From positions 166,079-230,078 of the forward strand of contig NZ_SDIC01000004.1 in NCBI RefSeq assembly GCF_004116405.1: a stretch of 64,000 nucleotides of DNA, given 5' to 3'. This DNA comes from Halegenticoccus tardaugens (GTDB lineage Archaea; Halobacteriota; Halobacteria; Halobacteriales; Haloferacaceae). The notes beneath the pieces are model-generated. The model was not told where the DNA came from. It did no database searches and saw only the letters and a program-made list of their open reading frames with translations. The position numbers and the translations under genes were made by a program. Of this stretch, positions 8,981 to 19,043 are shown one piece after another (the stretch's first letter is position 1; each line of letters starts with the position of its first letter).

Positions 8981-11233
8981 ATGAGCAACGACATGGACAA
9001 CGACGACAGCCTCCCGGAACAGGAGGCAGGCACGCCCGACCGTTCGAAGCGGTCAGACGAGGAGAGCACCGCGTCTGACGAGCGCTCCGACGGCGGCGCG
9101 GGTCCTGCGTCCGACCGGGGTGGGGTGGACTCCGAGTCGAACGAGCGGTCCGAGGGCGACGATTCGGCGGGCGGGCGGACGGTCGAGGGAGACGACGCGG
9201 CCGACGAAGGCGCGGACGACGGTTCCCTCTCCGACGACTCCGCAGCGGAGGGTGAAAAGGAGGAGACCTCGAACGAGCCGACGATCGACGACCTCGGCAG
9301 CGAGGTCGAGGTCACGGCCGATGTCGCGGACGAGGTCGACGAGGACGATCTCCTCGGCGGACTGCTGGTCGACTCGACCGCCGACATCGAGGTTCCCGAC
9401 CGACTCGTCGACCAGGTCATCGGGCAGGAGCACGCCCGCGACGTCGTGATGAAGGCCGCGAAGCAGCGGCGACACGTGATGATGATCGGCTCGCCGGGGA
9501 CGGGGAAGTCGATGCTCGCGAAAGCGATGGCGGAACTCCTCCCGAAAGAGGAGATGCAGGACGTGCTCGTCTACCACAACCCCGACGACGGCAACCGCCC
9601 GAAGGTGCGGACCGTCCCCGCGGGGAAGGGCGAGCAGATCGTCGAGGCGCACAAGGAGGAGGCCCGAAAGCGCAACCAGATGCGCTCGTTCCTCATGTGG
9701 ATCATCATCGCGGTGGTCCTCGGGTACTCGCTCATCATCGCGGGGCAGATCCTGCTCGGCATCCTCGCGGCGGGTATCATCTACCTCGCGTTCCGCTACG
9801 GTAGCCGGAGCAGCGACGCGATGATCCCGAACCTCCTCGTGAACAACGCGGACACGACGACCGCGCCGTTCGAGGACTCGACGGGCGCGCACGCGGGCGC
9901 GCTGCTCGGCGACGTCCGCCACGACCCGTTCCAGTCCGGCGGGATGGAGACGCCCAGCCACGACCGCGTCGAACCCGGCGCGATCCACAAGGCGAACAAG
10001 GGCGTGCTCTTCATCGACGAGATCAACACGCTCGACATCCGCAGCCAGCAGCACCTGATGACCGCGATCCAGGAGGGCGAGTTCTCGATCACCGGTCAGT
10101 CCGAGCGCTCCTCGGGCGCGATGGTCCAGACCGAGCCCGTCCCGACGGACTTCATCATGATCGCGGCGGGCAACCTCGACGCGATGGAGAACATGCACCC
10201 CGCGCTCCGCAGCCGTATCAAGGGCTACGGGTACGAGGTGTACATGGACGACACGATCGAGGACACCCCGGAGATGCGCCGCAAGTACGCCCGGTTCGTC
10301 GCCCAGGAGGTCGCGAAGGACGGCCGCCTGCCCGACTTCACGGACGCGGCCGTCGAGGAGGTCATCCTCGAAGCCCGCCGCCGCGCCGGGCGGAAGGGTC
10401 ACCTGACGCTCGAACTGCGCAACCTCGGCGGGCTCGTCCGCGTCGCGGGCGACATGGCCCGCGCCGAGGGCGCTGACCTCGTCACCCGCGAGCACGTGCT
10501 GCAGGCGAAGGGTCGCTCCCGCAGCATCGAACAGCAGCTCGCGGACGACTTCATCCAGCGCCGCAAGGACTACGAACTCTCGGTCAACGAGGGGTACGTC
10601 GTCGGACGCGTCAACGGCCTCGCCGTCATGGGACAGGACTCCGGCATCGTCCTGCCCGTCATGGCGGAGGTCACCCCCTCCCAGGGTCCCGGCGAGGTCA
10701 TCGCGACCGGCCAGCTGAAGGAGATGGCGCAGGAGGCCGTCGACAACGTCTCCGCGATCATCAAGAAGTTCTCCGACGAGAACATCTCGGAGAAGGACAT
10801 CCACATCCAGTTCGTCCAGGCCGGACAGGGCGGCGTCGACGGCGACTCCGCGTCCATCACGGTCGCGGCCGCGGTCATAAGCGCCCTCGAAGACGTCGGG
10901 GTGGCGCAGAACATCGCCATGACCGGCTCGCTGTCGGTCCGCGGCGACGTGCTCCCCGTCGGGGGCGTCACGCACAAGATCGAGGCCGCCGCGAAGGCCG
11001 GCATGAACACGGTCATCATCCCGAAGGCGAACATGCAGGACGTGATGATTGAGGACGAGTACAAGGAGATGATCGACATCGTCCCCGTCAGCCACATCAG
11101 CGAGGTGCTCGACGTCGCGCTCGAAGGCGAACCCGAGAAGGACTCGCTCGTCGACCGGCTCAAGAGCATCACCGGCACCGCGCTCGACGGCAAGAGCGTG
11201 AGCAAGAGCCCCGGCAGTCCCAGCCCGCAGTAG
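8981..11233 (+). CDS. lonB: archaeal membrane-bound ATP-dependent Lon protease LonB
   Basis: Walker A GSPGTGKS. Two TM helices are inserted into the AAA+ module (IIIAVVLGYSLIIAGQILLGILAAGIIYLAF). The C-terminal S16 protease domain has VHIQF...GDSASIT. Confidence 0.95.
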   Translation: MSNDMDNDDSLPEQEAGTPDRSKRSDEESTASDERSDGGAGPASDRGGVDSESNERSEGDDSAGGRTVEGDDAADEGADDGSLSDDSAAEGEKEETSNEPTIDDLGSEVEVTADVADEVDEDDLLGGLLVDSTADIEVPDRLVDQVIGQEHARDVVMKAAKQRRHVMMIGSPGTGKSMLAKAMAELLPKEEMQDVLVYHNPDDGNRPKVRTVPAGKGEQIVEAHKEEARKRNQMRSFLMWIIIAVVLGYSLIIAGQILLGILAAGIIYLAFRYGSRSSDAMIPNLLVNNADTTTAPFEDSTGAHAGALLGDVRHDPFQSGGMETPSHDRVEPGAIHKANKGVLFIDEINTLDIRSQQHLMTAIQEGEFSITGQSERSSGAMVQTEPVPTDFIMIAAGNLDAMENMHPALRSRIKGYGYEVYMDDTIEDTPEMRRKYARFVAQEVAKDGRLPDFTDAAVEEVILEARRRAGRKGHLTLELRNLGGLVRVAGDMARAEGADLVTREHVLQAKGRSRSIEQQLADDFIQRRKDYELSVNEGYVVGRVNGLAVMGQDSGIVLPVMAEVTPSQGPGEVIATGQLKEMAQEAVDNVSAIIKKFSDENISEKDIHIQFVQAGQGGVDGDSASITVAAAVISALEDVGVAQNIAMTGSLSVRGDVLPVGGVTHKIEAAAKAGMNTVIIPKANMQDVMIEDEYKEMIDIVPVSHISEVLDVALEGEPEKDSLVDRLKSITGTALDGKSVSKSPGSPSPQ

Positions 11234-11239
11234 CCACAG

Positions 11240-12088
11240 ATGGCCGACTGGGCGGCGTTCGCCGGCTTCGCGGGCGTCGTCCTCGGACTCCTCCTTCTCC
11301 TCGCGCGCGCGTCGCAGAGCGTCGTTCAGGGCGGCTCCACGGTTGGGGCCGACACGGACGCCGCCGACGGTTCGGCGTCGGGTGCCGGCGATTCGGCGAC
11401 GGACACCAGCGACTCGACGACGTGCGCCGGTGACCCGGCGGTCGGCACCGGCGGGGCGACGACCGACGCCGACCCGCTCGCCCGCGAGGCGCCGACGTTC
11501 TCGACCGGCGCGCTGCTCCTGAACGTGGCGCTCTCGCAGGGGTTGTTCGGCGCGCTGTTGCTCGTCGGAGCGTGGTACGCGGAGATCCCCGCGTCGGCGC
11601 TCGGCGCGGGTCCCGGCGACGTCGGAGCGAACCCGCTCGGCCTCGGGGTCGCGCTCGGCGTCGCGCTTTACGCGCTGAACGAGGTCGGCGCGAGCGCCGG
11701 GGATCGCTGGGGTCTCGGACGGTCGGAGGAGCTTCGGCGCGCGCTCGCGCCGGACACGCTCTCCGGGTGGGCCGTGCTCCTGTTCGTCGTGTTGCCGGTC
11801 ATCGCGGGCTTCGAGGAACTGCTGTTCCGCGGCGCGCTCGTCGGCGCGCTGAGCGTCGGCTTCGACGCGTCGCCGTGGCTCCTCGCTTTCTTCTCGTCCA
11901 TCGCGTTCGCGCTCGGCCACGGCGCGCAGGGGCCGGCCGGCGTCGTCGTGACGGGCGTGCTGGGGTTCGCCCTCGCGGCGGCGTTCGTCGTCACCGGGAG
12001 CCTCCTCGTCGTCGTCGTCGCGCACTACCTCGTGAACGCGCTGGAGTTCGTCGTCCACGAGGGGCTCGGGATCGAGTGGGCGTCGTGA
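11240..12088 (+). CDS. abi: CPBP family intramembrane glutamic endopeptidase (Abi/CAAX protease-like)
   Basis: It is polytopic, with the EELLFRG motif and FALGH. It lies 7 nt downstream of lonB. Confidence 0.8.
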   Translation: MADWAAFAGFAGVVLGLLLLLARASQSVVQGGSTVGADTDAADGSASGAGDSATDTSDSTTCAGDPAVGTGGATTDADPLAREAPTFSTGALLLNVALSQGLFGALLLVGAWYAEIPASALGAGPGDVGANPLGLGVALGVALYALNEVGASAGDRWGLGRSEELRRALAPDTLSGWAVLLFVVLPVIAGFEELLFRGALVGALSVGFDASPWLLAFFSSIAFALGHGAQGPAGVVVTGVLGFALAAAFVVTGSLLVVVVAHYLVNALEFVVHEGLGIEWAS

Positions 12089-12149
12089 CTCGGGCGCGGC
12101 GGACGCACGACCGGCGAACGCGGAAGCCCGGGGGCGTCTTCCGGTAGGT

Positions 12150-12638
12150 ATGAAGCGCCGGACGCTACTCGTCGGTGCGGGCGCGCTCGGGACGGCCGCA
12201 GTCGGCGGGACCCTCGCGGCAGAACTGTTCCTCCCCGAGCGGTCGACCGCCGCCGCGGAGGGGTCGATTCCGCCGGACGCCGACGCGCTGAAGGAGGGAT
12301 CGTTCGTCGGCAAGGACGGCCATCGGGTGTCGGGCACGGTCACCCTGTATCGCGACGGCGACGGTCACTTCCTCCGTTTCGAGGACTACGAGCAGACGCA
12401 GGGGCCGGACGTGTTCGTCTACGTGACCCCCGCGCCGGACCCCGACACGAGCGAGGAGATCGCCGAGGGACGCAAGGTGCTCATCGACGGCGGTGCGGAC
12501 GGCGGCGAGAGCACGAAGGTCGGCACGTTCGTCCAGCGACTCCCCGAAGGCACCGATCCCGAGGGGTACGAAGGCGTCTCGATCTGGTGCGATCGGTTCG
12601 CCGTCCCGTTCGGCGCGGCGACGCTCGAACCGGTCTGA
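12150..12638 (+). CDS. DM13 domain-containing secreted protein (Tat signal)
   Basis: Twin-arginine KRRTLLVGAGALG. The segment GHRVSGTVTLYRDGDGHFLRFEDYEQTQGPDVFVYV is a DM13-like beta domain. Confidence 0.5.
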   Translation: MKRRTLLVGAGALGTAAVGGTLAAELFLPERSTAAAEGSIPPDADALKEGSFVGKDGHRVSGTVTLYRDGDGHFLRFEDYEQTQGPDVFVYVTPAPDPDTSEEIAEGRKVLIDGGADGGESTKVGTFVQRLPEGTDPEGYEGVSIWCDRFAVPFGAATLEPV

Positions 12639-12671
12639 GACGACGGCGCGTCGCTCCCCCTCGCTCTTTGG

Positions 12672-13130
12672 CTATCCCGATCCCTCGATCTCCCGCAGCC
12701 GCGCCCGCACGTCGGACGGCGTCGCGCCCGACGCGCCCCGAACGCGGTGGTCGGGGACGAAGATCGGCACCGGGTTCTCCGAGAGCGCCGTCCGGACGGT
12801 CGCCAGATCGTCGTCGTCCTCGGCGTCGAGCCCCGCGAGGCGGGCCAGCCGCTCGACGGAGACGGTCTCGCCGCGCGGGACGTCGCGGAGGGCGTCGAGT
12901 GCCCGTCGGCGATCGGTCGGCACCGTCAGCGCGACGGACACGTCGTCGAAGCGGTCCGAAGCGCCGTCCAGGTAGTCGAACACGCGGTCGAGGAGCGCGT
13001 GCTCGGTCTCCGCGTCGTCCGGAACGTCCTCGGGGAAGGAGACGCTGATGACGCGCCCGCTCGCGATTCCGAGCTGCACCGCGCGACCCAGCGCCGACGA
13101 CTCGCGCGCGTAGATTCCCGTGTCGTCCAT
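12672..13130 (-). CDS. MGMT-family (O6-alkylguanine-DNA alkyltransferase-like) protein with PDHRV in place of the PCHRV active site
   Basis: The C-terminal winged-helix signature ...ENPVPIFVPDHRVRGASG aligns to the (I/V)PCHRV motif with Cys replaced by Asp. Confidence 0.55.
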   Translation of the reverse strand: MDDTGIYARESSALGRAVQLGIASGRVISVSFPEDVPDDAETEHALLDRVFDYLDGASDRFDDVSVALTVPTDRRRALDALRDVPRGETVSVERLARLAGLDAEDDDDLATVRTALSENPVPIFVPDHRVRGASGATPSDVRARLREIEGSG

Positions 13131-13213
13131 ACGCTAGTGTCGTCGATTTTCGCCCTTGAACCTGCCCCTCGGACGCAAGCCTTATGTCCAAATCAGCACA
13201 GTAGTGCACAACG

Positions 13214-13987
13214 ATGAACGCTAATGAGGACTCAATGGCTCCGGCGGTCCGATCGATCCTCGCCGCCGCGAGAGAGCGCGACGGCGGCGACGAGCGGCTG
13301 TCGGCCGAGGCGCGGTCGCTGTCGGCGGCGTTCGCGGCGGCGGAGGCCGAGGGGCGCGTACCGGTCATCGCCGAGGTGAAGCCCACGAGTCCCACGACGG
13401 AGGGGACGCGCGAGGACGACCCCGTCGAACTGGCGAGGGCGATGGTCGCGGGCGGCGCGGCCGCGCTGTCGGTGCTGACCGAGCCGGACCACTTCGGCGG
13501 GTCGGCGGAGAACCTCCGGCGCGTCCGCGAGGCGGTCGACGTCCCCGTGCTCCGGAAGGACTTCCTCGTGCGCGAGGACCAGCTGGATCTCGTCGAGGCG
13601 GATCTCGTGTTGCTCATCGCGCGGTTCGTCGACGACCTCCCGGCGCTCGTCCGGGCGGCCGAGGCGCGCGGCTTCCAGGCGCTCGTCGAGGTGCACGACG
13701 AGGACGAACTCCGCGCGGCGCTCTCGGCCGGGGCGAGCATCGTCGGCGTGAACAACCGCGACCTGGCGCGGCTGACCGTCGACCTGGGGACGTTCGAACG
13801 CGTCGCGCCCCACGCCCCCGACGACGTCACCCTGATCGCCGAAAGCGGCGTGAAGACGCCCGCCGACGCGCGGCGGATGCGCGAGGCGGGTGCCGACGGT
13901 CTGCTCGTCGGCACCGCGATCATGGACGGGGACGCGCGGGCGAACACCGAACGGTTCACGGCCGCGGAGCGGCAGGGTGACGTATGA
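13214..13987 (+). CDS. trpC: indole-3-glycerol phosphate synthase
   Basis: [40 protein letters not shown]. Confidence 0.9.
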   Translation: MNANEDSMAPAVRSILAAARERDGGDERLSAEARSLSAAFAAAEAEGRVPVIAEVKPTSPTTEGTREDDPVELARAMVAGGAAALSVLTEPDHFGGSAENLRRVREAVDVPVLRKDFLVREDQLDLVEADLVLLIARFVDDLPALVRAAEARGFQALVEVHDEDELRAALSAGASIVGVNNRDLARLTVDLGTFERVAPHAPDDVTLIAESGVKTPADARRMREAGADGLLVGTAIMDGDARANTERFTAAERQGDV

Positions 13988-15237
13988 GCGCGAGCGACGG
14001 GAAGTTCGGCGACTACGGCGGCCAGTACGTCCCCGAGGCGCTGATGCCGGCCATCGAGGAGCTGACGGACGCCTACGAGCGGTACGTGCTCGAAAACGAG
14101 GACGGATTCGTCGACGAGTTCCGCCGGCGGCTCCGCGACTTCGGCGGCCGTCCGACGCCGCTTCAGCGCGCGGAGCGCCTCTCGGAGCGGTACGGCCGGG
14201 ACGTGTACCTGAAGCGCGAGGACCTCGTCCACGGGGGCGCGCACAAGCTGAACAACGCGCTCGGACAGGCCCTCCTCGCGAAGTACATGGGCAAAGGGCG
14301 GATCATCGCGGAGACGGGGGCGGGCCAGCACGGTACCGCGACGGCGATGGCCTGCGCGCACCTCGGCATCGACTGCGAGGTGTACATGGGGACGCGCGAC
14401 ATCAACCGCCAGCGACCCAACGTGTTCCGGATGCGCCTCAACGGGGCCGAGGTGAACCCCGTCTCGGCCGGCCGCGGGACGCTCAAGGAGGCGATCAGCG
14501 AGACGATGCGCGACTGGGCGAAGAACGTCGAGGACACCCACTACGTCATCGGTTCGGTCGTCGGGCCGCACCCGTTCCCGAGCATGGTGCGGGACTTCCA
14601 AGCCGTCATCTCCGAGGAGGCGCGCGAGGGGATCCGCGAGGCGGCGGGCGGTCTCCCCGACAGCGTGCTCGCGTGCGCGGGCGGGGGGTCGAACACGATG
14701 GGCGCGTTCGCGCGGTTCGTGCCCGACGACGGCGTCGACCTCTACGCCGTCGAGGCCGGCGGGAGCGGCCTCGACGTCGACGAGGAGACGGGAATCGCGC
14801 CCAACTCGGCGTCGCTCACGACCGGCAGCGAGGGCGTCCTCCACGGCGCGCGGACGAAGCTCCTCCAGGACCGCCACGGGCAGATCATGGAGTCCCACAG
14901 CGTCTCCTCCGGCCTCGACTACGCCGGCGTCGGCCCCGAACTCGCCCACCTCGTCGACGAGGGGCGCGTCACCCCCGTGAACGTCGACGACGACGCGGCG
15001 CTGTCGGCGTTCCACCGACTCTCGCGGCTGGAGGGGATCATCCCGGCGCTCGAGACGGCCCACGCGTTCGGCTACCTCGAAGACGCCCACGAGGATCTCG
15101 GCGAGACGGTGATCGTGAACGTCTCCGGCCGCGGCGACAAGGACCTCGAATCGGTCGTCGAGGAGACGGCAAAGCGCGACATCGAGCACGCCCCCGACAT
15201 GGACGTGTTCTCGGCCGGCGCGGGGGGGAGCCGATGA
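13984..15237 (+). CDS. trpB: tryptophan synthase beta chain
   Basis: [32 protein letters not shown]. The start overlaps trpC (ATGA). Confidence 0.95.
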   Translation: MSASDGKFGDYGGQYVPEALMPAIEELTDAYERYVLENEDGFVDEFRRRLRDFGGRPTPLQRAERLSERYGRDVYLKREDLVHGGAHKLNNALGQALLAKYMGKGRIIAETGAGQHGTATAMACAHLGIDCEVYMGTRDINRQRPNVFRMRLNGAEVNPVSAGRGTLKEAISETMRDWAKNVEDTHYVIGSVVGPHPFPSMVRDFQAVISEEAREGIREAAGGLPDSVLACAGGGSNTMGAFARFVPDDGVDLYAVEAGGSGLDVDEETGIAPNSASLTTGSEGVLHGARTKLLQDRHGQIMESHSVSSGLDYAGVGPELAHLVDEGRVTPVNVDDDAALSAFHRLSRLEGIIPALETAHAFGYLEDAHEDLGETVIVNVSGRGDKDLESVVEETAKRDIEHAPDMDVFSAGAGGSR

Positions 15238-16070
15238 GCCGCATCCCGGAGGCGTTCGCCGACGGGCCGGCGTTCGTCCCCTACCTCGCCGTCGGCGACC
15301 CGGACTACGAGTCCTCGATCGAATACGTCGAGGCGCTCGCCCGCGGCGGGGCGGACGTGATCGAACTCGGCCTCCCCTTCTCGGAACCCGTCGCCGAGGG
15401 GCCGACGATCCAGAGCGCCGTCGTTCGATCCCTGGAGGCCGGAATGACTCCCGAGCGGTTCTTCGAATTCGTCGAGGAGCTGGACGTCGACGTCCCGCTC
15501 GTCTGCATGACCTACTACAACCTCATCTACCGCTTCGGCGACGAGGCGGGACCCGAGCCGTTCGTCCGCCGCGCCGCCGAGGTCGGCATCGACGGCTTCG
15601 TGGTGCCCGACCTCCCCGCGGAGGAGAGCGACCCGCTCCGGGAGGCGTGCGACGCGCACGACCGCGACCTGATCTTCATCGTCGCGCCGACGACGCGCGG
15701 CGAGCGCCTCGAACGGATCATGTCGCGGGTGTCGGGGTACGTCTACGTGCAGGCCCGTCTCGGCACCACCGGTGCGCGAACGGACGTGTCCGATCAGACC
15801 GACGCGAGCCTCGCCCGCCTCGCCGAGTGGGACGTGCCCAAGGCGGTCGGCTTCGGCATCTCGACGGGCGAGCACGCCGAGCGAATCGTCGCCGGGGGCG
15901 CGGACGGGATCATCGTCGGCAGCGCGCTGGTCGACATCGTGGCCGACGGCCACGAGCGCGGCGACGACGCGGGCGAGGTCGCCGCGAAGCTGGAGGGGAA
16001 AGCCGGAGAACTGAAGGAAGGAGCGGTCCGCGGAGCTCAGCGACGCGCGCCGCATCCGGAACGCACATAA
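15234..16070 (+). CDS. trpA: tryptophan synthase alpha chain
   Basis: [36 protein letters not shown]. The ATG overlaps the trpB stop. Confidence 0.9.
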   Translation: MSRIPEAFADGPAFVPYLAVGDPDYESSIEYVEALARGGADVIELGLPFSEPVAEGPTIQSAVVRSLEAGMTPERFFEFVEELDVDVPLVCMTYYNLIYRFGDEAGPEPFVRRAAEVGIDGFVVPDLPAEESDPLREACDAHDRDLIFIVAPTTRGERLERIMSRVSGYVYVQARLGTTGARTDVSDQTDASLARLAEWDVPKAVGFGISTGEHAERIVAGGADGIIVGSALVDIVADGHERGDDAGEVAAKLEGKAGELKEGAVRGAQRRAPHPERT

Positions 16071-16097
16071 CCGAGCGTTGACACAGATTCACATACC

Positions 16098-16898
16098 ATG
16101 ACCACGGACGCAGGAACGGCGGCTCGACTCGAACGCATCTCGACGGACGGGCGATACCTCATCGTCCCGATGGACCACGGGATCACGCTGGGAGCCGTCA
16201 CGGGCCTCAAGAACATCGAAGAGACGATCGACGCGGTGACGCGCGGCGGGGCGGACGCGGTGCTCACGCAGAAGGGCATCGCCCCGCGCGTCCACCCGTA
16301 CAAGAACGACAAGGGGTACATCGTCCACCTGAACGCCTCGACCGTCATCGGCCCCGATTCGAACGACAAGCGCGTGACCGGCACCGTCGAGGACGCGATC
16401 CGGGCGGGCGCGGACGCCGTCTCCCTCCACCTCAACGTCGGCAGCACCCACGAACCGGAGCAGATCGAGGACCTCGCGCGCGTCACGTCGGACGCCCGCC
16501 GGTTCGGGATTCCCGTGCTGGCGATGACGTACGCCCGCGGCCCCGGCGTCGACGAGCACGACGCCGAGAGCCTCGGCCACGCCGTCCGCCTGGGGGAAGA
16601 GCTCGGCGCGGACGTGATCAAGACCGCCTACAGCGGCGACGCCGACAGCTTCCGCCACGTCGTCGAGTCGACGCGCCTCCCCGTGGTCATCGCGGGCGGC
16701 AGCCGCGGCACCGACCGGCGGACCATCGAGATGGTCCGCGGCGCGATGGACGCCGACGCGGCGGGCGCCTCGATGGGCCGAAGCATCTTCCAGCACGAAC
16801 ACCCCGAGGCCATCGCCCGCGCCGTATCGGCGGTCATCCACGACGACCGCGAGACCGACGAGGCGCTGGAGATCGCGGGCCTGTCGGCGCAGGCGTAG
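16098..16898 (+). CDS. class I fructose-bisphosphate aldolase family / 2-amino-3,7-dideoxy-D-threo-hept-6-ulosonate synthase (archaeal aroA')
   Basis: DhnA-type aldolase (LIVPMDHGIT...DAV...KTAYSGD). Its position next to trp and the other aro' genes suggests ADH synthase of the archaeal shikimate pathway. Confidence 0.75.
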   Translation: MTTDAGTAARLERISTDGRYLIVPMDHGITLGAVTGLKNIEETIDAVTRGGADAVLTQKGIAPRVHPYKNDKGYIVHLNASTVIGPDSNDKRVTGTVEDAIRAGADAVSLHLNVGSTHEPEQIEDLARVTSDARRFGIPVLAMTYARGPGVDEHDAESLGHAVRLGEELGADVIKTAYSGDADSFRHVVESTRLPVVIAGGSRGTDRRTIEMVRGAMDADAAGASMGRSIFQHEHPEAIARAVSAVIHDDRETDEALEIAGLSAQA

Positions 16899-17018
16899 GC
16901 GGCGGCGTGGACGTACGCGTCACCGGACGGACTCCGCGGCGCGCGCCTCGACCGAACCGCCACTCGTCGGAATCGAACCGGGGCCGAGAGTTTTGTGCCG
17001 CCGCGACGATGGGGAGCC

Positions 17019-17807
17019 ATGGCGTCAGTAACCTACGACTTCACGGACGAGACGGCGATCGTGACGGGCGGGTCGAGCGGCATCGGGCGCGAGGTGGCGC
17101 GGCGCTTCGGCGAGGCGGGCGCGACCGTCGTCGTCGCCGACGTCCGCGACGCGCCGAAGGACCTCGACGAGACGATCCCGACGCACGAGGCGATCCGCGA
17201 GGCCGGCGGCGAGGCCGAGTACGTCGAGACGGACGTCTCGGTGCCCGAGGAGATCGAGTCGGTCGTCGAGGCGGCCCGCGACTTCGGCGGCGTCGACGTG
17301 ATGGTGAACAACGCGGCCGTCCAAATCCCCGGCCGGATGTTCGAGATCACGAGAGAGCAGTTCGACCGGATCCACGCCGTGAACGTCCGCGGCGTCTACT
17401 TCGGCGTTCGGGCGGCCGCGACGGACATGCTCGACCGCGACGACCCGGGGTGCATCGTCAACACCGCATCGATCAGTTCGAACCTCGCGCAGAAGGGGCA
17501 GGTGCAGTACGACTCGACGAAGGGGGCGGTGCGGATGATCACCCGCGGGTCGGCGCTCGAACTGTCCGAACACGAAATTCGCGTCAACGCCGTCGCGCCC
17601 GGCCAGATCGCCACCGAGTTCGCCGAGGGGTGGACCGAGGAGGCGGAAGAGAAGGGCGCGCGGGGCGAACTCCTGAAACCCATCCCCCTCGGCCGGGCGG
17701 GGACGCCCGAGGACGTCGCCGGCGCGGCGCTCTTTCTCGCGAGCGACGACGCGCGGTACGTGACGGGCGAACTGCTGCACGTCGACGGCGGCTGGCAGAT
17801 CTGCTGA
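17019..17807 (+). CDS. SDR family NAD(P)-dependent oxidoreductase
   Basis: TGGSSGIGRE (TGxxxGxG), NNAA, and the S...Y..K catalytic triad region (YDSTKGAV). Confidence 0.85.
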   Translation: MASVTYDFTDETAIVTGGSSGIGREVARRFGEAGATVVVADVRDAPKDLDETIPTHEAIREAGGEAEYVETDVSVPEEIESVVEAARDFGGVDVMVNNAAVQIPGRMFEITREQFDRIHAVNVRGVYFGVRAAATDMLDRDDPGCIVNTASISSNLAQKGQVQYDSTKGAVRMITRGSALELSEHEIRVNAVAPGQIATEFAEGWTEEAEEKGARGELLKPIPLGRAGTPEDVAGAALFLASDDARYVTGELLHVDGGWQIC

Positions 17808-17861
17808 CCCGGCGCGGTTCGGCCGGTTCGACCGGCGGCTCCACGATCCGGCTCGCCGCGC

Positions 17862-19043
17862 TCACCCGCCTCCTTTTATCATCTTGATCCGGTCGACGCC
17901 CAGCTCGGAAATCGACTCGTCGAAGAGGTGATCGCCACGCTGCCGCTGGGCCACCACGAGTTTGCGTTCGAGCGTCCCATCGTCGCGCGCGGCGTCGAGG
18001 GCGGCGGCCAGCTCCCGCTCGTCGTCGGCCGACGCCTCCGAGAACGCCTCGATCACGGCGTCGACCCACTCGTCGGAGAGCGCCCGCCCGTGCGCCGTCA
18101 TCGGCAGGTCCTCCGCCGTGACCTCGCGGTCGCCGGGGTGTTCGATCGACACGACGAGGACGTACGCGCCGGTGTCCGGGTCGCGCTCCACGTCGGGGAG
18201 TTCGAAGCCGCCCGCGCCGTCGCCGACTCCGGCACCTCCGACGTCGCCGACGTTCCCGCCCTCTTCGACGTCGTCGGCGAGGAGCACCTCGGGGACGTAC
18301 GGGCTGTCGATGGTGACGGTCAGCCCTCGGTCGCGGGCGAGCAGACACAGGGACGCCGGCGTGTCGGCGATGTAGTCGGTCGGGCTGTCGGTGTCGGCGG
18401 TCACGGTCTCGTCGTGGTATCCGAGGAGCGTCCCGAGCCCGTCCGCGACCCCCGACACGTCGGCGGCGAGGATCGCCGCGCAGACGCCGGCGATCGCCTC
18501 CATGTACGGGTTGTTCACCTCCGCCAGCGCCTCGCGGTAGTTCGAAAGCAGGTCGTCCGCGCGGTCGTCGTCGAGGACGATCGCGGCGCGGAGCGTCGCG
18601 GTGTAGTACCGCGTGTGGTTGTCGTCGTACGGCGGGCCGGCGAACTCGTCGAGGTACGCGTCGTCCATCGCGAGCGTCTCGGTCGCGGCCTCGGCGAGGA
18701 GGTCGTCGTCGCGGGCGAGTTGCGCCGTGATCATCGCCCGGAGCAGCACCGCCGGGTCACTTTCCCTGTCGACCTTGTCTCGCGTGTCCGGCGGGGCGCG
18801 GGCCTCGCGGACGCTTTCGAGGTAGTACCGCCCCGCCTCGGCGTACGCCTCCCTGGCCTTCTTGCCGTCGCCGAGGAGCGCGTGAGATCCCGCGAGCGTT
18901 CTGTAGCGATTCGCGAGCGCGAACCAGTGTCTGGATATCGCGTGATCCTCGATTTTTCCCTCCTCTCGCCAGAGGTGGTTTTTTTCAATGTTCTCGCGGT
19001 ACCGCGAGATCAGGTCGTTCAGTCTTTTTTCCGAGAATCTCAT
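17862..19043 (-). CDS. hypothetical protein (393 aa), coupled partner of the nuclease-like gene; foreign codon usage
   Basis: There are no recognisable catalytic motifs and no Walker A. The GGAGGTGA Shine-Dalgarno-like sequence sits 5 nt upstream, and the ATG overlaps the upstream stop (ATGA). The N-terminus has A/T-ending codons atypical for the host. Confidence 0.5.
   Translation of the reverse strand: MRFSEKRLNDLISRYRENIEKNHLWREEGKIEDHAISRHWFALANRYRTLAGSHALLGDGKKAREAYAEAGRYYLESVREARAPPDTRDKVDRESDPAVLLRAMITAQLARDDDLLAEAATETLAMDDAYLDEFAGPPYDDNHTRYYTATLRAAIVLDDDRADDLLSNYREALAEVNNPYMEAIAGVCAAILAADVSGVADGLGTLLGYHDETVTADTDSPTDYIADTPASLCLLARDRGLTVTIDSPYVPEVLLADDVEEGGNVGDVGGAGVGDGAGGFELPDVERDPDTGAYVLVVSIEHPGDREVTAEDLPMTAHGRALSDEWVDAVIEAFSEASADDERELAAALDAARDDGTLERKLVVAQRQRGDHLFDESISELGVDRIKMIKGGG

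Noticed and set aside
9053-12343. 1096-aa minus-strand ORF antisense to lonB/abi
   Set aside because: Arg/Asp/Gly-rich low-complexity translation, typical of stop-free antisense frames in 67%-GC DNA. The sense strand encodes unmistakable LonB and CPBP.
12481-15189. 902-aa minus-strand ORF and 726-aa plus-strand frame (13890-16070) across the trp operon
   Set aside because: Antisense or out-of-frame artefacts. Genuine trpC, trpB and trpA signatures occupy the other frames. Only the 3' part of 13890-16070 (from 15234) is real, as trpA.
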